Assembly: GCA_965603825.1 (NCBI GenBank)
Contig: CBFDEM010000023.1
Location: 186,001 to 250,000, forward strand
DNA from: Blepharisma stoltei ATCC 30299
Lineage: Eukaryota; Protista; Ciliophora
DNA: 64,000 bases
Direction of reading: 5' to 3'
Under the pieces are notes generated by a model. It saw nothing but the letters and a program-made list of their open reading frames with translations. It was not told where the DNA came from and did not search any database. A program made the translations under genes and the position numbers. This document shows positions 58,045 through 64,000 of the stretch, piece by piece (position 1 is the first letter of the stretch; each line of letters opens with the position of its first letter).

Positions 58045-61000
58045 ATGACATCCCAAACAGTAGTTCAAGCTGAACTAGTCCATCTAGTTGCAGACTACAT
58101 GGCTTTACGTTTTACAATCCCAGAGATTGAAGCAGGAGAAACTATCGAAGGAGGGGAGCTTTATGCAATGTTCGCAGTTGATAAAAGTGGATCCATGAGT
58201 GGCTCCCCAATGAATGATGCTAAAGGAGCAGCTGAAAGTTTGACAGTGAAATTCCGTAAAATGGACGTCCCTGTCACTGTCTATCCTTTTTCCAACACAA
58301 GTAAAGATTGGAGCTCAGATGCTATGGGCTATGATGAACTCGTAAAAAATTTACAAGCACTTAAAGCAAGTGGTGGGACTATTTTTGAAAGCGTTATTAA
58401 AATGATGGAACAAAAAATAAATGAAAAGAACCTAAAGAACGTCTTTTCTGTTTGGCTCACTGATGGACAAGATAATAATGGCTTGGCAAGCTTAACTCCA
58501 GTTATGGAGTCCTTTAAGAATAGTCTTGAAGCTAAAGGTGTTTCAATTGCAGTTCATTGTATTGGCTTTGGCTCTGGTCACGATGCCACTCTATTAACTA
58601 AACTATCACAGAGTGGAACCAGGCCTGGAACTTTCCAATATGTCCCTGAAGGAGGAAGAATTCCTGTTGCAGTCAACAATGTTTATGAACTAGCATATGA
58701 ATCCACAACATGGGCAAGATTAGTATCTCAAGGTGGAGCTGTTTCATACAAAGTAAACGTTGATAAAGATGGAGACGAAGAATCAAAAACTCCTGGCTTG
58801 AAGGCTTTAGTCTATATCTCTGAAAATGATTTAGAAGACTGCAAAATTGAAATCCACAAAGGCTCTAGTGTTGTTTCTGTAGAACTTGAGCCTACAAGAG
58901 GAGACTCTAAAAATTTCTTTGACTTAGTTGATTTGGTGACAAGATTTATTGCATTTAAAGTCTCACAAGCTTTAGAGCAAGGTGCAGTAGGTGCAGGTGA
59001 GAAGCTAAGAGAACTAAGCCCACTTTTAGAAGAAATGGGCAGAAGACTTGAAAATTTATTGCAAGAATCCAAGAGATTGCGCCCATACAAACAAAAACAA
59101 CTTGCATCCTTTTTTTCAGCAACAAAGGACTTAATTAACTTCTATTTTTCCACTCTTGGAACCATTGGAGGTGGAGAGATTGGAAACGAAACTTTAGCTC
59201 AGCTAAATGGCTATGCTAACAAAGTTTCCTTAAGAAAAAATCTTGAAAAGAAAATTGCCAAAGAGGCTGGACCAAATCTCCCATTGCTGTTCCTAGCAGA
59301 TGACCAGACTGAAGAGTTGATGCACGATTTCGAAAGAAAAGAATTGGTAGAAAAATACCCAGACTTCCAAAGACAAGGAACTTGCATTCTTTCAGGGAAA
59401 AATTGGATTGATGCTGTCACTTCTGGCGACTGTTTATGCTTAACTTTCAGCGTAGAGAGACCACAGAATCTTGAAGGAAACCCACTCGATATTAAAATCA
59501 CGAACATTTCATCAACCATAATATCCCATGATACTTTTCTAGAGTCACCATTATTCGAGACAAAAGCAGGGCAGCTTATACAAGGTCCTAGAAGCTATCA
59601 GCATGGCCAACCAACACCATCAGCCCACACATTGGATCCTAAGCTTCCTCATGAGCCTTTAAACGCAGTAATTCCTCTTTTTATATCTCCAGAACACTGG
59701 AAAATCGCAAAATTAAGACTCAATTCTATGCTAGCATATGATATCACTGTTGACGTCTTAGGTTTCAAGCCTGATCAGCTGCTTTATTTCCCATTCATGC
59801 TCCTATGCAAGTCCTTTGAGTTAAACTTGCCTAAAATATCTCCAGAGACCCATAGTTTGATTCAAGAGACCTGCAGACAAATTTATATCGACAATCAAGA
59901 CTCAATTCTTAGGAACCTAAAAGACAAAGTAGAAAATTACATTGCTGTTCCTGCGATACGTCTTGAAGATTCTATTCCTAGTAACCAAATCTTTTTGAGC
60001 CAATTATATATTGCTAGCTTGGTTGGAGATATTACTGAGTTTAGAGAGATCTTGCCATTTGTTTTCGAAGAAGAGGTCAGAAGATCTTTTAAGTACCCAG
60101 AAACTAAGTTCCATGAATTATGCTTAAAATTGTTAAAAGTTGACGCCACTAAAGAAATTGAAGCTGTCAAAGCTTCTTTTGTGGATAAAAAGTCATCATT
60201 TGCTCAGAGATTTCTTGCTCTGCTTGAAAGTGTTACTGGAGTAAAAGAGACAGAAGAAGTGAAAAAAGAAGAGGATGCAAAACAAGAAGAGCCAGCTGCT
60301 GCTGCTGCTCAAAAGCACGAATTTAAAGACAGAATTTTAGAGCTAAGCGCAGAAACAAACGAGGCAATTGATAAACTCTACTCTGAGCTACAACACCAAG
60401 CTTTTGGTGGTTTTTCACAGCTTCTATCAGTACTCGGACTTACTGTAAACACCCTTGAAGACCTTAGCTTGACAGAAAACGAGCAAAAGCTCGCATTTTT
60501 ACTACAAGTAATCGGCCATCATAAAACTCCAGATCGTAAAGAAGCCATAAACAACAACGCTTACGTTAATTCTTTTGACAAAGAAGCAAGCATTGCTTTT
60601 ATCCAAAACTCCTATACAGCAACATTAAATAGAGAAGTCTTATCATTCAAATCTCAACTAATTGCCCAGCTTGAAGGAAAAGAAGCTCAGCAAAAGGCAA
60701 CTACCTTTGCTATGACTGACGATCTAAACGAAGCAGCTGGACTTGTCCATGGCTTGCATCAAGGTGACATTGGGTTCCCTCTATTCGCAAAAAGTTTAGC
60801 CATGGGTCATGTCCCTCATGTCATTGAAAAAATCAAAATGCTTGTTACAGGCCAGTACAGAGGAGTCAAGCTTATCATGGACACCCTAAAACTAAATCCA
60901 ACATTTATAGAGTGGAAACCTAAGAAAAAATTCACCCACAAAATTTACCTCGCCCATAAGGATGAAGTCAGAAAAGAAGATTGGTTCGAAGCTTTCCCTC

Positions 61001-61110
61001 ACCAAAGAGAGCACTTTGAGCACATTTTTATGAGAAGCAGCGGCACGTTTGTCCCGTACACGAAGCCAAGATCAAACTGTCGTGATAAGAGACATTTTAA
61101 TAAGCCTTAA
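58045..61110 (+). CDS. Large vWA-domain protein (1021 aa) with an uncharacterised C-terminal region
   Basis: MIDAS motif VDKSGSMSG, GGTIF, WLTDGQD, IGFGSGHD. Confidence 0.85.
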   Translation: MTSQTVVQAELVHLVADYMALRFTIPEIEAGETIEGGELYAMFAVDKSGSMSGSPMNDAKGAAESLTVKFRKMDVPVTVYPFSNTSKDWSSDAMGYDELVKNLQALKASGGTIFESVIKMMEQKINEKNLKNVFSVWLTDGQDNNGLASLTPVMESFKNSLEAKGVSIAVHCIGFGSGHDATLLTKLSQSGTRPGTFQYVPEGGRIPVAVNNVYELAYESTTWARLVSQGGAVSYKVNVDKDGDEESKTPGLKALVYISENDLEDCKIEIHKGSSVVSVELEPTRGDSKNFFDLVDLVTRFIAFKVSQALEQGAVGAGEKLRELSPLLEEMGRRLENLLQESKRLRPYKQKQLASFFSATKDLINFYFSTLGTIGGGEIGNETLAQLNGYANKVSLRKNLEKKIAKEAGPNLPLLFLADDQTEELMHDFERKELVEKYPDFQRQGTCILSGKNWIDAVTSGDCLCLTFSVERPQNLEGNPLDIKITNISSTIISHDTFLESPLFETKAGQLIQGPRSYQHGQPTPSAHTLDPKLPHEPLNAVIPLFISPEHWKIAKLRLNSMLAYDITVDVLGFKPDQLLYFPFMLLCKSFELNLPKISPETHSLIQETCRQIYIDNQDSILRNLKDKVENYIAVPAIRLEDSIPSNQIFLSQLYIASLVGDITEFREILPFVFEEEVRRSFKYPETKFHELCLKLLKVDATKEIEAVKASFVDKKSSFAQRFLALLESVTGVKETEEVKKEEDAKQEEPAAAAAQKHEFKDRILELSAETNEAIDKLYSELQHQAFGGFSQLLSVLGLTVNTLEDLSLTENEQKLAFLLQVIGHHKTPDRKEAINNNAYVNSFDKEASIAFIQNSYTATLNREVLSFKSQLIAQLEGKEAQQKATTFAMTDDLNEAAGLVHGLHQGDIGFPLFAKSLAMGHVPHVIEKIKMLVTGQYRGVKLIMDTLKLNPTFIEWKPKKKFTHKIYLAHKDEVRKEDWFEAFPHQREHFEHIFMRSSGTFVPYTKPRSNCRDKRHFNKP

Positions 61111-61257
61111 AATAATCAGTCTTTAAGCGTCATTATTCATTTTTTATATGATTAATATTTTTTCAGCTATTTTTTGGCGAAATTCTCAGCATTTCCTTAC
61201 TTTTATTTTTCACATAAAATCACATGTAACTAATATCAATTTTGTCGAAATTATGAA

Positions 61258-62361
61258 ATGGAAGGCATAGAGGAGCATAAAGTTGCTTTCCAAAGCAATC
61301 TGAGACCTGAGCGTGAAATCATCGAAGAAGCTTTGAATTGAAAGCCTATTGACAACACTGACGATTATAGAGTAGAAAATGCATACGCATATGGAGGAAT
61401 TGCCCTTCTTGATAGTGCTGCATTGTCGAAAATGCGAAGCGTAGGAAAAGAAATCGTCAAAGAAATCGGCAGAAAAATCCTGAGTGGTCACCTCAACCTC
61501 ACACAAATTTCCTTTCCTATTAGATGCATGCAGGCAAATACTGCTCTCCACAATACACTGAAAGGATCTCTTATGAGCCCTCTGTATTTGAATAAAGCAG
61601 CAGCTACGTCAGATCCGTTGGAAAGGATGAAATTGGTAATTGTGTGCAGCATTTCGTCGTATATACACACTTCAACTTTTCTAAAGCCTCTTAACCCTAT
61701 TTTAGGTGAAACTTTGCATGCCCGACTGGAAGATGGTGGAGAAATGTGGGCGGAACAAACCAGTCACCATCCACCAGTTTCCCACTTTTACATTGAGGGT
61801 CCTAATAAGAATTATGTGTGTCACGGCTATTATAATTATACAGCAAAAGCAGGGTTGAATTCTGTAACAGTAAAATTTATGTAGATTACCAACGTTGGAA
61901 AAAAGGTTTTTCAATTCCCAGATGGGCAGATAATCACTCATAACTTGCCAAATGAACTATTCGCAGGGACGTTTTTCGGGACAATGAGACATGAAAGTTT
62001 AGGAGTTTTGGTATTTACTGATAATTTAAATAGATACAAAGCAAAGGTGGAGTTTGCGTTCAATAAAAACTTGCCAAGTGATTATATAAGTGGAGAAATT
62101 ACTGATGTGCATGGGAATAAAATAAGTGAAATAAGTGGGACTTATTGTGGACATATTGAAATTGACGGCAAGAGATATTGGGATGCAAGACATATCAGAC
62201 CATTTAGAATTGATTATGATATTATTCTGCCAAGTGATTCAGAAATCAGAGAAGACATTGTAACACTGAGAAGAGGCTTAGTTGACGAAGCGCAGGCTGC
62301 AAAGGAAGCTTTGGAGGTTCTACAGCGCCATGATAGAAAATTGAGAGGTTCTAAACATTAA
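61258..62361 (+). CDS. Oxysterol-binding protein family (ORD only; 362 aa; intron 61870-84)
   Basis: KPLNPILGET, EQTSHHPPVS, LPSDSEIREDI and AKEALEVLQRHDRKLR. Confidence 0.92.
61870..61884 (+). other. 15-nt intron GTAAAATTTATGTAG
   Basis: GT-AG, in-frame TAG; same sequence as the anoctamin intron. Confidence 0.9.
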
Positions 62362-63067
62362 AGATTATTAGGATAATAAGTCTTATTTTATTAATATTTG
62401 TGATAATAAAATAGATGAGTTTGGAAAATTATTTTATGTTAGATTCTTATATAAATTTTAATACTAAGAAATTTAGCTTTTGATTATGGATTCCATAACG
62501 CAATAAATTATATACTTGCGGAATAGAGTAATCAATTAAACTAATTAACCTATATGAAAATTATAATTAAATGCTTACTGGAAATTATAATTATCAAGGA
62601 TTTTACAAAACATACAGACAAAGTATTTGAAGATATAAAATTTGGAAAATAATATAATTATAGCTTGAGCTTCCAATTTCTTGTACTTATTTAATGGCTC
62701 CCAACGTAATTAAGGATTGATGGTTCGAAAAACACTTTTATTTTTAGGGATTTGAGGAAATTAAAAGGTTGTCAGTAGTAGGGCTACTTAGTCTATGATC
62801 AATGTTTGTTCAGTTACGAGATTTCCTTTGAAATATATGATATAGATGAAGCATTGGATAACTTATTGCAATTGTAGAAGGAGATTGATCTTGCTAAACC
62901 TAAAAATTAATTTCATTTAAAAATAGGCAGAATTCTGTTTGATAATACCTGCTATACAGGCCAAATATAATGTAATTGTTAAAAATTTTATTTTAAAATA
63001 ATTTACTTAACTTCCTTGCTATAAATGTCATATCTTGCCGATCTAAAAATATCCTAAGTATCTTATA

Positions 63068-63979
63068 ATGAGTACTTTCACGTTTGGTAACGATATTCGC
63101 CGTTTTCACCGAATTCAACTTCTCGGTAAAGGTGCCTACGGCAAAGTCTACAAGGCTCGAGATTCTCTCAACAATACATTTGTCGCCCTAAAGAAATCTT
63201 TAATCAGCATGGATGAAGAAGGCATTCCAACCAGCACTATGCGAGAAATCTGCCTTCTCCGCCAGCTTTCCCATCCTGGAGTTGTCTCTCTCTTAGACGT
63301 AATTATGACAGACAGTAGCCTATACCTTATTTTTGAGCTTCTTGATCAAGACCTCGGAACATTTCTTTCTTCACTCGACAATTTGCTTTCAGAAGAACAA
63401 GCAAAGCGCTTTCTATTGCAAATTCTTAAAGCCCTTTACTTCTGTCACTCCCGTCGTATAATTCACCGTGACTTGAAGCCTCAAAATTTGCTGCTTGACG
63501 CTAATTTAAATATAAAACTAGCTGATTTTGGGCTTTCCAGGATTTTTCAGATCCCAATGAGACCATCTACGACATCAGTCCAAACGTTATGATACCGGGC
63601 CCCTGAAATATTATTGGGGTGTACTACATATACAACAGCTATTGATATATGGTCTATTGGATGTATTTTTGCTGAAATGGTAGCTGGAGTCCCACTCTTT
63701 CCCGGAACAAGTGAACATAATCAACTTTATGCGATTTTTAGAATTATGGGGACTCCTAATGAAGAAAATTGAAGTGGAGTTGGAAGTTTGCCGAGGTATT
63801 CGACAGACTTTCCAAAATGGTCAACAATTTTAATGAAAAATTTGTTTCCTAGAATTGCGCCAGAAGGGCAAGATTTACTTGAAAAAATGCTATCAATGGA
63901 TCCAAATAAAAGAATTTCTGCTTATGACTGCTTGCAACATGTAATTTTTATATAGCCATACTTCCAGGGAATGAATTAA
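63068..63979 (+). CDS. Cyclin-dependent kinase, CDK1/2-like (298 aa; intron 63941-55)
   Basis: [19 protein letters not shown] (PSTAIRE variant), [13 protein letters not shown](W=TGA)YRAPE, LQH|PYF. Confidence 0.93.
63941..63955 (+). other. 15-nt intron GTAATTTTTATATAG
   Basis: Removal gives the conserved CDK end LQHPYF. Confidence 0.9.
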
Positions 63980-64000
63980 AGCTGCCTTATTCAATAATAT

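Noticed and set aside
63068-63260. CDK with PTSTMRE and Thr14 changed to Ala as a novel kinase class
   Set aside because: PSTAIRE variants are common among expanded ciliate CDKs
1-64000. Prokaryotic or mitochondrial origin (table 4 code), and short antisense ORFs in the track
   Set aside because: Spliceosomal introns and nuclear eukaryotic genes are present; the antisense ORFs shadow real genes. No tRNA, rRNA, CRISPR array or intact transposase was recognised

Overview
This is AT-rich, gene-dense eukaryotic DNA with the signature of a heterotrich ciliate, most likely Blepharisma (somatic/macronuclear-type sequence). In-frame TGA sits at invariant Trp positions (CDK TLWYRAPE, chromodomain YLVKWKGY, WD40 LLWDLR, papain WDWR), and only TAA/TAG end genes. 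Introns are tiny GT-AG introns of 15-16 nt. The standard-code ORF track therefore splits most genes; re-reading with TGA=Trp plus micro-introns gives about 30 coherent genes. These include ESF1 (partial), an MFSD1-like transporter, two anoctamins on a 2.6-kb segmental duplication, WDR60-like, SIKE-like, VPS9, a Venus-flytrap/multipass receptor, MED17-like, an allantoinase-like pseudoenzyme, a MORN protein, an HP1-like protein, a cathepsin L array, a RING-less Not4, ZSWIM2-like, centrin, a vWA protein, OSBP and a CDK. The left 25 kb is an accessory zone holding a family of 4-TM genes and Kelch-like genes. The most notable unexplained structures are: (1) an ~880-bp cassette carrying a UBA-domain ORF, bounded by a perfect 15-bp direct repeat, with a 3' GC hairpin and (TAA)5 tail, resembling a retroposed non-LTR-type element; (2) several IES-like inserts whose precise removal restores the motifs of two Kelch-like genes; (3) a TA-bounded ~1-kb decayed element between convergent genes. 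All family calls come from motif recognition by eye; no database search was run.
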